NCBI GenBank assembly: GCA_002269645.1
Contig: NIVC01002916.1
Coordinates: 62,001-126,000 of the forward strand
From: Macrostomum lignano
Lineage: Eukaryota
Reading direction: 5' to 3'
Length of the DNA: 64,000 nucleotides
In this document: positions 25,508 to 39,523 of the stretch, in pieces
Layout of the letters: the number at the start of each line of letters is the position of its first letter
Numbering within the stretch: position 1 is the first letter of the stretch
Made by a program: the position numbers and the translations under genes
The notes under the pieces: model-generated
Database searches by the model: none
What the model was told of the DNA's origin: nothing
The model's input: only the letters and a program-made list of their open reading frames with translations

Positions 25508-26712
25508 TTGACAGACAGCATTGACAGCATTGACAGCATTGACAGCACTGACTGCCAGTTGACAGCATTGGCAGCATTGACAGCATTGACAGCATTGACA
25601 GCATTGACAGCATTGACAGCATTGACAGCATTGACAGCATTGACAGCATTGACTGGCAGTTGACAGCATTGACAGCATTGACAGCATTGACAGCATTGAC
25701 AGCATTGACTGGCAGTTGACAGCATTGACAGCATTGACAGCATTGACAGCATTGACAGCATTGACAGCACTGACTGCCAGTTGACAGACAGCATTGACAG
25801 CACTGACTGCCAGTTGACAGACAGCATTGACAGCATTGACAGCACTGACTGCCAGTTGACAGACAGCATTGACAGCATTGACAGCACTGACTGCCAGTTG
25901 ACAGACAGCATTGACAGCATTGACAGCACTGACTGCCAGTTGACAGACAGCATTGACAGCACTGACTGCCAGTTGACAGCATTGGCAGCATTGACAGCAC
26001 TGACTGCCAGTTGACAGACAGCATTGACAGCATTGACAGCACTGACTGCCAGTCAACAGACAGTATTGACAGCACTGACGGATAGTCAACAGACAGCATT
26101 GACAGCATTGACAGCACTGACTGGCAGTTGACAGACAGCGTTGACAGCACTGACTGGCAGTTGACAGACAGCATTGACTGCCAGTCAACAGACAGCATTG
26201 ACAGCACTGACTGGCAGTTGACAGACAGCGTTGACAGCACTGACTGGCAGTTGACAGACAGCATTGACTGCCAGTCAACAGACAGCATTGACAGCACTGA
26301 CTGGCAGTTGACAGACAGCATTGACTGCCAGTCAACAGACAGCATTGACAGCACTGACTGGCAGTTGACAGACAGCGTTGACAGCACTGACTGGCAGTTG
26401 ACAGACAGCATTGACTGCCAGTCAACAGACAGCATTGACAGCACTGACTGGCAGTTGACAGACAGCGTTGACAGCACTGACTGGCAGTTGACAGACAGCA
26501 TTGACTGCCAGTCAACAGACAGCATTGACAGCACTGACTGGCAGTTGACAGACAGCGTTGACAGCACTGACTGGCAGTTGACAGACAGCATTGACTGCCA
26601 GTCAACAGACAGCATTGACAGCACTGACTGGCAGTTGACAGACAGCGTTGACAGCACTGACTGGCAGTTGACAGACAGCATTGACTGCCAGTCAACAGAC
26701 AGCATTGACAGC
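25508..26712. repeat. TTGACAGCA 9-mer-based compound minisatellite
   Basis: 9-mers grade into a longer higher-order unit. Confidence 0.93.
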
Positions 26713-27054
26713 GAAACAGAATTAACAGACGGAAAATGACAGACAGAAAGCATTGACAGACTGGCTGACAGCATCTAAAACAGGCTGTACCGCCCGAACA
26801 AGTGCACGGCGGGGATTCCGGAAGCGGTGGCATGGGTTCAAGAGGATTAAAACTTGAAAAAGCTACCCGAAAAGTACGCAGGAAATAATGCTCTGTTCTC
26901 CGGGGGGGGGGGGGGGGGGGCTAATGAGCCGGTGCCGGGACTTCTCGCTGTCCATCCCCGTTCGTGAGATCTGAGCAGCCGAGTAACTGGGCTGATCAAA
27001 GCGACTCTCGAGGCTTGAAGGCAAACTTGAGAATGGGCGAGCCTTCGGACTCAC

Positions 27055-27084
27055 CCTCGTTAACGCCGAGGCCACTGCTGGATG
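27055..27084 (-). CDS. Possible 30-nt micro-exon of the RhoGEF
   Basis: cttttag|...GAGG|gtgagt; phase 1 fits the 25483 acceptor. Confidence 0.25.
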
Positions 27085-27864
27085 CTAAAAGTCCAGCCAA
27101 AGGGATATTTCCCCATGCCCTCCTTTGTTTCCTCTCTTCCCAATGGCGTTCATTTGGGTTGAAACAAAACTCACCCCAGCTGGAGGCGTCAAGTGAGGAC
27201 AAGAGGGGGGGGGCGTGCCGACCCTCAGCTTCCCTGATGAAGACGCGCGCGCACTTCATTTGCGTCCCCAACTCCGCATGTCCCCCCTTCCCACTTCCCC
27301 AATTCAGAAAGCATTTTCTTGGGCCTGCTGTTGGTCCTTTCCCGCCTTATTTTCCTGGCCAGATATTTCAGATAAATTTATGACCCATCCAGGCGGAATT
27401 GCTCCATCAATGGGCCAACTAATACGCAGACGGAGGAGCGTCAGTTGGTGCGCATCGCAACAAGTTCGGCTCATTGGTATAGTTCGAACAGGAGGGGGTG
27501 GGGCCTGTCGGCCTGGCCAGGGCGAATCTGAATGACAGGCAGTTAACAGGGAATTCCAATGTCACCGGGTGCTGCTGCCCAGGCCGAGACTGAGGACCGC
27601 AGGCCCAACAGAGAGGAATTTCGAGGACTACCGGAGAGAGGCCGTCGGTTCTGGGACTTGCGTGCCTCTCAACCCAAGGAGTGCCTTGCAAGCCGGAAGC
27701 TGAATACGCCTTGCAGAGCATTGGCAGCGTTTGACTGAAGCGTGGCTTTTAAAAAAAAAGAATTTCCCGGTCATCGTTTCAGTACTTTCTGTCTATGATT
27801 AAGGATACGTAATCTTTAATCAGCATGTGTGATCATTTATATGTGATTCTGTGTGATTCTGTGG

Positions 27865-28312
27865 GACAATCTGAGTGAGTCTGAGTGAGTCTGAGGGAGT
27901 CTGAGTGAGTCTGAGTGAGTCTGAGTGAGTCTGAGGGAGTCTGAGTGAGTCTGAGTGAGTCTGAGTGAGTCTGAGTGAGTCTGAGTGAGTCTGAGTGAGT
28001 CTGAGTGAGTCTGAGTGAGTCTGAGTGAGTCTGAGTGAGTCTGAGTGAGTCTGAGTGAGTTTGAGTGAGTCTGAGGGAGTCTGAGTGAGTCTGGGTGAGT
28101 CTGAGTGAGTCTGAGTGAGTCTGAGTGAGTCTGAGTGAGTCTGAGTGAGTCTGAGTGAGTCTGAGTGAGTCTGAGTGAGTCTGAGTGAGTCTGAGTGAGT
28201 CTGAGTGAGTCTGAGTGAGTCTGAGTGAGTCTGAGTGAGTCTGAGTGAGTCTGAGTGAGTCTGAGTGAGTCTGAGTGAGTCTGAGTGAGTCTGAGTGAGT
28301 CTGAGTGAGTCT
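27865..28312. repeat. 10-bp repeat (CTGAGTGAGT)n
   Basis: About 45 copies. Confidence 0.97.
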
Positions 28313-29084
28313 GTGAGGTGTGTCTTAATCTGATTGTGCCGATTTGCGATATGTGAATTTATTGTAATGTGCATGGTGTATGACATGTAAGCGACATGAA
28401 GACAAAAGTGCATGAAAGATTCTCTAAAGTGGCGAAACATTCGATTTCAATTCCAGCCTCCCCACATTCAGGTTCATCCAGCAAAGTGCACACTGCTAAT
28501 ATGAACTCACTCCATCAAGCAGCACAGGTCCGGGGGCTCCCAGACCTGTCAGAAAAGTCTGAAAAGCCCCGCAGAGCGCCCGACCTAAAATCTGGACGGC
28601 AGCTGAAATCCAACGATTTTAATTGAAAAAATAACTGAAAAAGTGCATGCTTGGCTGGGACTGCTCCCTCTCCAGATACCTAGCCTAGAGCTCCATGGCC
28701 AGAACCATGTGGCCCAGCTGCGGGGTGTCGCTCCATCACCGCCCAGGCTTGACTAGCCGAGTGCAGTGGTCGCTGGCCCAGGATGCATTGCTTACGGTGC
28801 CCGAAATGGAAGTTTTGTGTCGCCCGCCCCGGTTGGCCGCAGCTTTATAATTTAAATTACAGCATATAGCATTCCACAGTGTCATCCCAAGCTAAGATAG
28901 AAGGGCTTGAGGCGCACTGAAATTCGGTGGAGTGCGAAATCAGCTTGCAAGAGCAGTGCACGAGTGCACCATTGATTGGTTGAAGCTGCCAAGGGTTTCA
29001 GTGTGTCTAAAATGCCTATTCAGAGGCGGAAGACCGAGAAGACCGGAAAAAAGGAGAGAGGAAAGGGGAGAAAGGGGAAAGGGC

Positions 29085-29500
29085 AGAGAAGAGAGGGGAG
29101 AGGGGAGAGGAGAGAGGAGAGGACAGAGGGGAGAGGAGAGAGGGAGAGAGGTTGAGAGAGGGGACTAGAAGAAAGGAGAGATGGGAGAGGGGAGAGGAGA
29201 GGAGAGAGAGGAGAGGAGAGAGGGGAGAGGAGAGGAGAGAGAGGAGAGGAGAGAGGGGAGAGGAGAGAGGGAGAGGAGAGAGGAGAGAGGAGAGAGGAGA
29301 GAGGGGAGAGGAGAGAGGGGAGAGGAGAGAGGGGAGATGGGAGAGGAGAGGAGAGAGAGGAGAGGAGAGAGGGGAGAGGAGAGAGGGGAGAGGAGAGAGG
29401 GGAGAGGAGAGAGGGGAGAGGAGAGAGGGAGAGGAGAGAGGGGAGAGGAGAGAGGGGAGAGGAGAGAGGGGAGAGGAGAGAGGGGAGAGGAGAGGGAGAG
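29085..29500. repeat. GA-rich polypurine tract
   Basis: Degenerate GAGAGGAGAGGG units. Confidence 0.9.
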
Positions 29501-30529
29501 GTGAAGAGAGAGGCGGGCATAGGGAGGCGAGAAGAGGCAGGGAGCGGAGGAGGAGAGCAGGCAGGAGGGACAGCTGCGGAGATGTCCAGCTGGAGGCGCA
29601 CAGAAACTGAGAGTGGCGCACTGGCTGCCAGCCCGGCACACTTGGCATTGATCCGCCCAGGCCCTGCATTCTGTCTGCCTATCTGAGTTCAGCGATGCTT
29701 CCACAGGAAGAAGATTCAGAAAAGAGACGGGGGCTCAGCGCTGTGCACCTTAAGTGGCGCAGCCGCCCCCGCCGCCCTATCCTGGATATCGACCCCCCCC
29801 TCTCTCGGTCGGTCTGAAGTTTTCGCAGCACCTTCACAGGACGCTTCGACAGAAGAAAGAAAGTCGCGATTTCCAGGTCGCGGTTCTTTGGAGTATTCGA
29901 TTGGAAAAGGAAAGTGGAGAGAAAGTGGGGGAGAAGGGCAGAAGTGGTATCGGGGCGGGGACTGGCGGTGTGGGTGAGCAGGGCCATATTGCAGAGCTGG
30001 GAACTGAGCTGATTGCCTCAGACCTTCACTGGCGCGGATGCGGGCAGCTCAGGATGGGAGAGGTTATTGAAATTACGGAGCTGCTTCATCCCAGAGAGCG
30101 GCTTTGGCGAAAACTTGCCAACACAGGGGGGGGGGCAGGGGGGGGCTGCGACCCCGCCACCAGCCAGCGAGCTGATTTGCGTCGGCTGAGAAAAGCCCAG
30201 CGCCGAGATCGGCTATCATTCCAGCCGCCTGCTTCTGCTCGTCAGCGGCGATGAAGTGCGAGGGGGAGAGGCTGGGATCGGTGGGCACGGGTGCACTATT
30301 CCGAAGCGATAATTTCAGCCTGGCTTATTTCTGCCAGCTATCTAGTGTGGTAGGGCGTGGGCGGAGCAGCAAGCCATTGCCGGCTGCGGCTTCGGGGAGA
30401 GACGGAGATGAGGAAGAGAGAGGAGAGTTGGAAGATGAAGGCGAGAGGGAGAAACACTGAAGAGAGGGAGAGCAGAGAGAGGAATAGAGCGGAGGTGAAG
30501 AGTAGGAGGAGAAGGAGAAGAGTAGAGGG

Positions 30530-30902
30530 GAGATGGAGAGGGAGACAGAGGGAGAGGGAGACAGAGGGAGAGGGAGACAGGGGGAGAGGGAGACAGGGGG
30601 GAGGGAGACAGAGGGAGAGGGAGACAGGGGGAGAGGGAGACAGGGGGAGGGAGACAGAGGGAGAGGGAGACAGGGGGAGAGGGAGACAGGGCGAGAGGGA
30701 GACAGGGCGAGAGGGAGACAGGGGGAGAGGGAGACAGGGGGAGAGGGAGACAGGGGAGGGAGACAGAGGGAGACAGAGGGAGAGGGAGACAGGGGAGAGG
30801 GAGACAGGGCGAGAGGGAGACAGGGGGAGAGGGAGACAGGGGGAGAGGGAGACAGGCGGGAGGGAGGCAGTGGGAGAGGGAGACAGGGGGAGAGGGAGAC
30901 AG
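30530..30902. repeat. GAGGGAGACAGGGG polypurine minisatellite
   Basis: Tandem copies. Confidence 0.9.
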
Positions 30903-31999
30903 GTGAAAAGGATCGAGGAGTCGAGGGGGTGGAGAGGGAGAGGGGAAGACAGCAACCAACAGAGAGAGACAATGCGCAGTGCAGGAGGCGCCAGTGCGGG
31001 CTGAACTCCCCAGCTTCATTTTCACTTTCAATTGGAATTTGTCAAGCCTGAAAACCGGACCAGCTGGCCTTCGAAGGACAGGCAGATGGCCTTTGAGTGA
31101 CGGGTTTTTTCCAGTTCCCGCGAAACTCGCCAGCAGCTGGCGCCCATCGGGACAACAGTCGCACTTTTAGATTAATTAATAATTAATTGATTTGTTTGAA
31201 TTGCGCAAACTGCTTTCCGTTTTAAGGTCCGTTGCCACTTAATTTTGTGACTAATGCAATCTTCGCATTGCAAATTCATGTAAATCACTGCGATAGTCTT
31301 CAAGCAGAGGGACAGATATTTGCTTTAATGATTTTTCTGCTTGTAGAAATTGCTTCTAGAAGTAGGCTAACAAAGATGGGATGTTGGCACGAGTGAATGG
31401 GAGAATCTCTGGAGCAGAGAGGAGCGATAGAGGGAGCGCGGAGCAGGCAAGACATGAAATTTGACACCCCGGTGCTCCCAGGGTGTCTCGGGATGAGGCT
31501 GGCTGGGCGAGCTGTTCGGGGATTCCTTCATCTCTGCGCTGCATGCTTGGCAATCAGGCTGTCAAATGTCGGAATGTACTTTAACTGGCCAAGGATAAGC
31601 TGAAGGTGCAACGCACTTATTTTTGAGCACGAGCCCAGAATTACTCATAATGCGGCCCGGCACGGCAGCGAACCCGTGTAATGAAAAGCGCCTTAGCTGG
31701 CGGGAGATGGCGGGACGGAGAGTGAGGCTGAGGCTAAAGAAATAAGCGGCAGGTGCGCTGCAAAACACTTCTTCTACCTTCTTCTTGAGGAACCCCGACT
31801 CTCAGAACTGCATATGAGGCGTGTTTTTGCACTGCCGCTGTCATATTTCAAAGAATCAATAGGACAGGATGGGGAGATGCGCACGGCTGTCTGAATACCT
31901 GTTGAATGCAGGTAGTATTGGGGCAGCAGTGAGTGGATGGGAACAGTTGGATTGTAGGAAGGGGGAGAGAGAGCGATAGACAAGGAGTTATGAAGGAAG

Positions 32000-33285
32000 A
32001 TCGGAGAGGCTGGGAGGGAAGATAGGGGGGATAAGGGAGATCGGGGAGGCTGGGAGGGAAGATAGGGGGGATAAGGGAGATCGGGGAGGCTGGGAGGGAA
32101 GATAGGGGAGATAAGGGAGATCGGGGAGGCTGGGAGGGAAGATAGGGGAGATAAGGGAGATCGGGGAGGCTGGGAGGGAAGATAGGGGGAGATAAGGGAG
32201 ATCGGGGAGGCTGGGAGGGAAGATAGGGGAGATAAGGGAGATCGGGGAGGCTGGGAGGGAAGATAGGGGGAGATAAGGGAGATCGGAGGGCTGATAAGGA
32301 AGATAGGGGAGATAAGGGAGATAGGGGAGATAAGGGAGATCGGGAGGCTGGGAGGGAAGATAGGGGAGATAAGGGAATCGGGGAGGCTGGGAGGCTGGGA
32401 GGGAAGATAGGGGGAGATAAGGGAGATCGGAGGGCTGATAAGGAAGATAGGGGAGATAAGGGAGATCGGGGAGGCTGGTAGGGAAGATAGGGGAGATAAG
32501 GGAGATCGGAGGGCTGATAAGGAAGATAGGGGAGATAAGGGAGATCGGGGAGGCTGGGAAGGAAGATAGGAGAGATAAGGGAGATCGGGGAGGCTGGGAG
32601 GAAAGATAGGAGAGATAAGGGAAATCGGGGAGGCTGGTAGGGAAGATAGGGAAGATAAGGGAGATCGGAGAGGCTGGGAGGGAAGATAGGGGAGATAAGG
32701 GAGATCGGGGAGGCTGGGAGGGAAGATAGGGGGAGATAAGGGAGATCGGGGAGGCTGGGAGGGAAGATAGGGGGAGATAAGGGAGATCGGGAAGGCTGGG
32801 AGGGAAGATAGGGGAGATAAGGGAGATCGGGGAGGCTGGGAGGGAAGATAGGGGAGATAAGGGAGATCGGAGGGCTGATAAGGAAGATAGGGGAGATAAG
32901 GGAGATCGGGGAGGCTGGTAGGGAAGATAGGGGAGATAAGGGAGATCGGAGGGCTGATAAGGAAGATAGGGGAGATAAGGGAGATCGGAGGGCTGATAAG
33001 GAAGATAGGGGAGATAAGGGAGATCGGGGAGGCTGGGAGGGAAGATAGGGAAGATAAGGGAGATCGGGGAGGCTGGGAGGGAAGATAGGGGGAGATAAGG
33101 GAGATCGGGGAGGCTGGGAGGGAAGATAGGGGGAGATAAGGGAGATCGGGGAGGCTGGGAGGGAAGATAGGAGAGATAAGGGAGATCGGGGAGGCTGGGA
33201 GGGCAGATAGGGGGAGATAAGGGAGATCGGGGAGGCTGGGAGGGAAGATAGGGGGAGATAAGGGAGATCGGAGGGCTGATAAGGA
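32000..33285. repeat. ~40-bp purine-rich minisatellite
   Basis: GGGAGATCGGGGAGGCTGGGAGGGAAGATAGGGGAGATAA, about 30 copies. Confidence 0.93.
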
Positions 33286-33809
33286 ATATAGTGGGTCTGG
33301 AAGGAGATCGAAAACAAAATCGGCGGGCAGAAGACTTTGAACTATGAAGAAAATCAAGATTATCGCAAAAAAGCAGAGGTCCATACTGGCTTGCGTGGAT
33401 GTGCTCCCAACACATGGGACGGGGGAGCATGAATCCATGGAGGCGGACAGGTAGGCCGCTGACGGAATTAATGGATGGACAGGTTTGTCTTGAAACACAC
33501 ATGTCGGAGGAAATGAAATAAACTAATGAAAAAACTGGGACCTGACGGTCTTGGGGATTTTAGTGGCGTGATGGAGCAGGCCAGTAGCCGGCAGCGCAGC
33601 CGCCTTACCCTGTACTGGTTGGTGGCCTCGATGCGATGCCCGCGCTCTCCTAGCAGTCGATTGCCTGCAGCTCAGACAGAAGAGACGCTGGCGTGAGAGC
33701 GGCAGATTTCCAGCTTCCCAGGGGGAATCGCGCAGCAGCAGACGGGCAGCTTTCCCACAAGGCCTTTTATTCACTCCCTGCCTTATCTCGCCCTTGCACG
33801 CCAGTTTTC

Positions 33810-33900
33810 TAGCCCCAGCCAATCACAGGGCCGCGACCTTCAGTCCGCTGAGCTATTTTTAGCTACAGATGGTTGCCCCGCCCTCTTCAGCCAATCGTCC
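33810..33900. promoter_or_regulatory. Candidate promoter (two AGCCAATC boxes and a GC box), possibly of the RhoGEF
   Basis: agccaatcac ~33817, ccgccc ~33869 and agccaatcg ~33890 in non-repetitive GC-rich DNA upstream of the minus-strand gene. Confidence 0.3.
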
Positions 33901-34369
33901 GTCTCGGCCCAGTATTCAGCAGAATGCCTGCTCCACCAAGGCATCCTTTTTAACTCATGCGCGTGGGCGGCTGCAAGCTTTGCAACAATGATATTATCGC
34001 TCATTAATTGATCGCCCATTAAGGCCGACCAGTGAAACTGATGCCTAATCTTCTAATTGGAGTAGATCCGAGCCAAAGAGCCAAAGAGATTTAACTAAGG
34101 CTTGCTTGAGACAGAATTCTGGCGCTTATTCTTCATCACAAACCAGTGCCTGACTCAGGTGAGCTGGGACCATTGCTATCTTTCACAATGGACCACGCGA
34201 TCTCCACCGGGCACAGGTTCAAGAGCTAGTTAATGAGCTGAAAATTTATTGGCGGGTTGCTCGTTTAGCAAACTGATAACGAATAAAGCCCTTTTTACTT
34301 GTATGGCAACTTTGAGCTGACTCGCGTCTTCAACTCTTCTCCATTCACCCATTGATCGCCTTAACTCCC

Positions 34370-35270
34370 TCATTCACGCTCCCTCATTCACTCTTCCTCA
34401 TTCACTCTCCCTCATTCACTCTCCCTCATTCACGCTCCCTCATTCTCTCCCTCATTCACTCTCCCTCATTCACGCTCCCTCATTCACTTTACCTCATTCA
34501 CGCTCCCTCATTCACGCTCCCTCATTCACGCTCCCTCATTCACGCTCCCTCATTCACGCTCCCTCATTCACTTTACCTCATTCACTCTCCCTCATTCACT
34601 CTCCCTCATTCACGCTCCCTCATTCACTCTCCCTCATTCACGCTCCCTCATTCTCTCCCTCATTCACTCTGCCTCATTCACGCTCCCTCATTCACTTTAC
34701 CTCATTCACGCTCCCTCATTCACGCTCCCTCATCACGCTCCCTCATTCTCTCCCTCATTCACGCTCCCTTATTCACTCTCCCTCATTCACGCTCCCTCAT
34801 TCACTCTCCCTCATTGACCATATCTCTCACTCCCTCATTGACCATATCTCACTCACTCCCTCATTGACCATATCTCACTCACTCCCTCATTGACCACATC
34901 TCACTCACTCCCTCATTGACCACATCTCATTCACTCCCTCATTGACCACATCTCACTCACTCCCTCATTGACCACATCTCATTCACTCCCTCATTGACCA
35001 CATCTCATTCACTCCCTCATTGACCACATCTCATTCACTCCCTCATTGACCACATCTCATTCACTCCCTCATTGACCATATCTCATTCACTCCCTCATTG
35101 ACCACATCTCATTCACTCCCTCATTGACCACATCTCATTCACTCCCTCATTGACCACATCTCATTCACTCCCTCATTGACCACATCTCATTCACTCCCTC
35201 ATTGACCATATCTCACTCACTCCCTCATTGACCACATCTCATTCACTCCCTCATTGACCATATCTCATTC
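34370..35270. repeat. Compound 14-bp (CTCCCTCATTCACG) and ~26-bp (CTCATTGACCACATCTCATTCACTCC) minisatellite
   Basis: The second unit derives from the first. Confidence 0.9.
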
Positions 35271-35976
35271 ACTCCACCTCACTCCCCTTGATTAAATCTC
35301 ACTCGGCTTACATGTACTCTCAGGTTGTTTACAAGAAACTCTTCACTAAAATTTTATGTTGTGATAATGTTATTGGCGCAACATATCGGGAGGTGAGAAC
35401 AGTCTCAGAAATATACCTCATCAAGAGTCGGCATGAGCAGTGACTTTAGTGTTCATTAAAGACGGCGGTGATGAATTTGGAGCAGCACTTTGCCCCAGTC
35501 TGACGCAAGTTAAGCAAAGCAGGACAAGTGCTCGTTCTAAAAATTGAACTCGTAAATATTTTTGAAGCCGAACAAAAATAGTTCTGTCGATCTGGCGCGA
35601 ACTTCCCAAGCCCTGAAAAGTAGCAGAAGAAGCCATTGGGGAGCTCTGGGCTATGAATAGCCAGCAGGCTCTCTCGGCCTTTGCGCCAACTCCGCTCCAC
35701 TCTGCCTGCTGAATTGTTTCTGGCGCATGCAGCCCTTGTAGTAACCTGCTGACTGACAGGACTAGCAAGCGCACGCATCTTATTGTAGGAGGGTAGATAG
35801 GTGGGTGGGCTGAGAGGGACTCAGAGATTGAAATGGAGACAGAGAGCTCGAAAGGGATCAGACTGAGAGAATAAGAGGGAGATAGAGAGACTGAGAGACC
35901 AAGGGAGATTCAAGAAAGAGGGTCAGAGGGGAGGGAGATAGAAGCAGAGGCAACAGAACAACAGAAGCAAAAATGT

Positions 35977-36541
35977 TAGGTAGGTAGGTAGGTAGGTAGG
36001 TAGGTAGGTAGGTAGGTAGGTAGGTAGGTAGGTAGGTAGGTAGGTAGGTAGTGTGGCGGCTGGTGCTGCCGATCGCGTAGTCTGGCCGCCACAGTAGGTT
36101 GGTTGGTTGGTAGGTAGATAGGTAGGCAGGCAGGCAGGTAGGCAGGTAGGCAGGCAGGTAGTAAGGCAGGTAGGTATAGGTAGGTAGGTAGGCAGGTAGG
36201 TAGGCAGGTAGGTAGGTAGGTAGGCAGACAGGCAGGTAGGTAGGTAGATAGATAGGTAGGTAGGTAGGTAGGTAGGTTAGGTAGGTTGGTTGGTTGGTAG
36301 GTAGGTAGGTAGGTAGGTAGGTAGGTAGGTAGGTAGGTAGGCAGGTAGGCAGGTAGGCTGGTAGGCAGGCAGGCAGGCAGGCAGGCAGGTAGGCAGGCAG
36401 GCAGGTAGGCAGGCAGGTAGGCAGGCAGGCAGGCAGGCAGGCAGGTAGGCAGGCAGGCAGGTAGGTAGGCAGGCAGGCAGGCAGGCAGGCAGGCAAGCAG
36501 GCAGGCAGGCAGGCAAGCAGGCAGGCAGGTAGGCAGGTAGG
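35977..36541. repeat. (TAGG)n/(CAGG)n microsatellite
   Basis: Interrupted by the 42-bp insertion at 36052. Confidence 0.95.
36052..36093. mobile_element. 42-bp micro-element with 9-bp inverted ends and a candidate GTAG TSD
   Basis: gtag|TGTGGCGGC...GCCGCCACA|gtag inside a (TAGG)n tract. Confidence 0.5.
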
Positions 36542-37414
36542 TACTCAAATAAAGTTAAGCTGCTAGGTTCGCTAAGATGAGATGCAGGTATCAGGCTTGC
36601 AAGAATATTTCTAACGTGCCCCAATGCAAATTAACAATGCAATTGTGATGACTAAGCCACATTTTATTTAGCAGAGATACGCTAGTATTTACCCGCAGCT
36701 ACTCACGGGAACTGTTACTCGAGTAGTGCATAAAGCATTGGTATATTTATCGGCATGGCTGAATTTTGCGATTGCGCGATGAGCAGAAGCGCGAGACTAG
36801 CAGCTAATGCAAGCAGACGGGATCACAATAAAGCACTGCTGTGGCTCTCTAAACAAGACGGCGGCATAGAGTGCAGCAAGAAGCCGCTGTAAGAAATACT
36901 GGAATATTGAGCCAAATCGGAGGCTCCGACCAGCTTGTAGGGGCAATTTGCTCAGCAAAAACTGCGTTCTGGGAATTTCAATTAGACAAAATTGGGAAAA
37001 CGAAATCAGAAATATTTTAAATATAAAAAATCGATGGGCGCTGGTAAAAACATAAACACATTTGCTAAAGTACAAAGTGCACTGCCTATTGCTGGAAGCT
37101 GTATCGCATTCCCTGGGGAAAAATACGCAGGGCAATCGGAGAGAAGCAGACCAAGCAAAATTATACTGCTTTGTAAACAGGAAATAATTATTGCACAAAA
37201 TAGCTAGAAACACTCAACTGTGGAGACTTTAAGTAGAGACCAGTGCCGATGCACAGATAGTGATGCAGGAGATGCAGGGAGGCTGAGCTATTGGAATGAA
37301 AGAGGAGCTAACGTGAGATAAGGGGAGTGATAGGAAGGCGAAATAACTGACGGACTGCCAGGAGGGACACAGAAACTAAAGAGGGAGACAGAGTCGAAGA
37401 GAGAGACAAAAGAA

Positions 37415-37735
37415 GCGGAACAGCAGAAAAACAGCAGAAGCAGAATAAAAGCAGAGCAGCAGAAAAACAGAAGCAGAACAACAGAAGAACAGCAGAACAG
37501 CAGCAGCAGAACAACAGAAGAACAGCAGAACAGCAGAAGCAGAACAACAGAAGCAGAACAGCAGAAGAACAGCAGAAGAACAGCAGAAGCAGAACAGCAG
37601 AACAGCAGAAGCAGAATAGCAGAAGCAAAACAGCAGAAGAACAGCAGAACAGCAGAAGCAGAAGAACAGCAGAACAGCAGAAGCAGAACAGCAGAACAGC
37701 AGAAGCAGAACAGAAGCAGAGCAGCAGAAGCAAAA
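37415..37735. repeat. AGCAGAAC-type low-complexity repeat
   Basis: Degenerate tandem tract. Confidence 0.85.
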
Positions 37736-38324
37736 CAGGGATTTGTCTCACAGATAACAAGCCGTTCACGCAGACGGGCAGACTCCAACAGTGGGTTGGG
37801 TGATTCGGAGTTACCAGAATCAAAGCGCGCACAGAAAATCGCAAAATGATCACAAAATGCGCTTTACCATGGGAGAAAATGGATACGGGGTATTGCGCAC
37901 ATAATATCACAACTTAACACTGACTAAATTGCTTTAGACGTACTATGGAATCTAACAGTGCATGTAAGAAAACAAATAATAACGGCACATACAATGCGAT
38001 TAGCACTACTGAAGACAAGTAGTCAGACTAGTATCAGGCGGTACAAAACAAAACCAAATATAGATAATTACTTAGAGATTTAGTATATTTAGATTAGCAA
38101 GCTTATTAAAATATACACATTGAACGGGGGTTGGATAGATCTGTGGAAGAGCAACGGAAATTGAACAAGCTTTGCTGCAATAACAGCTGCGTCTGCTAGG
38201 GGCAGAAATCCTTAAATAATACATTGAAGTCATCTAGCATAAGCAAAGCGAAGCAAACAGCTGAAATTTTTTTTGCAAAAATTATAATTTTGAGTTTGAT
38301 CCTGAAAACAGGATAGGGATCGGA

Positions 38325-39050
38325 GCGGAATGGTACAGGGGGCGGAATGGTACAGGGGCGGAATGGTACAGGGGGCGGAATGGTACAGGGGGAGGAATGG
38401 TACGGGGGGTGGAATGGTACAGGTGCGGAATGGTACAGGGGGGCGGCGGAATGATACAGGGGGCGGAATGGTACAGGGGCGGAATGGTACAGGGGGTGGA
38501 ATGGTACAGGTGCGGAATGGTACAGGGGGGCGGCGGAATGGTACAGGGGGGCGGCGGAATGGTACAGGGGGCGGAATGGTACAGGGGCGGAATGGTACAG
38601 GGGGCGGAATGGTACAGGGGGCGGAATGGTACAGGGGGCGTAATGGTACAGGGGGCGGAATGGTACAGGGGGCGGAATGGTACAGGGGGCGGAATGGTAC
38701 AGGGGGCGGAATGGTACAGGGGCGGAATGGTACAGGGGGCGGAATGGTACAGGGGGCGGAATGGTACAGGGGGCTGAATGGTACAGGGGCTGAATGGTAC
38801 AGGGGGCGGAATGGTACAGGGGGCGGAATGGTACAGGGTGCGGAATGGTACATGGGGCGGAATGGTACAGGCAGCGGAATGGTACAGGGGGGCGGAATTG
38901 TACAGGGGGTGGAATGGTACAGGGGGCGGAATGGTACAGGGGGCGGAATGGTACAGGGGGCGGAATGGTACAGGGGGCGGAATGGTACAGGGGGCGGAAT
39001 GGTACAGGGGGCGGAATGGTACAGGGGGCGGAATGGTACAGGGGGCGGAA
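38325..39050. repeat. ~17-bp minisatellite (CGGAATGGTACAGGGGG)
   Basis: Tandem copies. Confidence 0.93.
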
Positions 39051-39104
39051 TCAAGGGAATAGGGAGCGAGTTATGATAGGGGTATCAGATTGGTAAATAG
39101 GCAT

Positions 39105-39516
39105 CAGATTGGTGAGTGGGTATCAGATTGGTGAATGGGCATCAGATTGGTGAATGGGCATCAGATTGGTGAATGGGCATCAGATTGGTGAATGGGCATC
39201 AGATTGGTGAATGGGCATCAGATTGGTGAATGGGCATCAGATTGGTGAATGGGCATCAGATTGGTGAATGGGCATCAGATTGGTGAATGGGCATCAGATT
39301 GGTGAATGGGCATCAGATTGGTGAATGGGCATCAGATTGGTGAATGGGCATCAGATTGGTGAATGGGCATCAGATTGGTGAATGGGCATCAGATTGGTGA
39401 ATGGGCATCAGATTGGTGAATGGGCATCAGATTGGTGAATGGGCATCAGATTGGTGAATGGGCATCAGATTGGTGAATGGGCATCAGATTGGTGAATGGG
39501 CATCAGATTGGTGAAT
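39105..39516. repeat. 19-bp minisatellite (GGGCATCAGATTGGTGAAT), right after the DYRK2 stop
   Basis: About 21 copies. Confidence 0.95.
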
Positions 39517-39523
39517 GGGAAAC

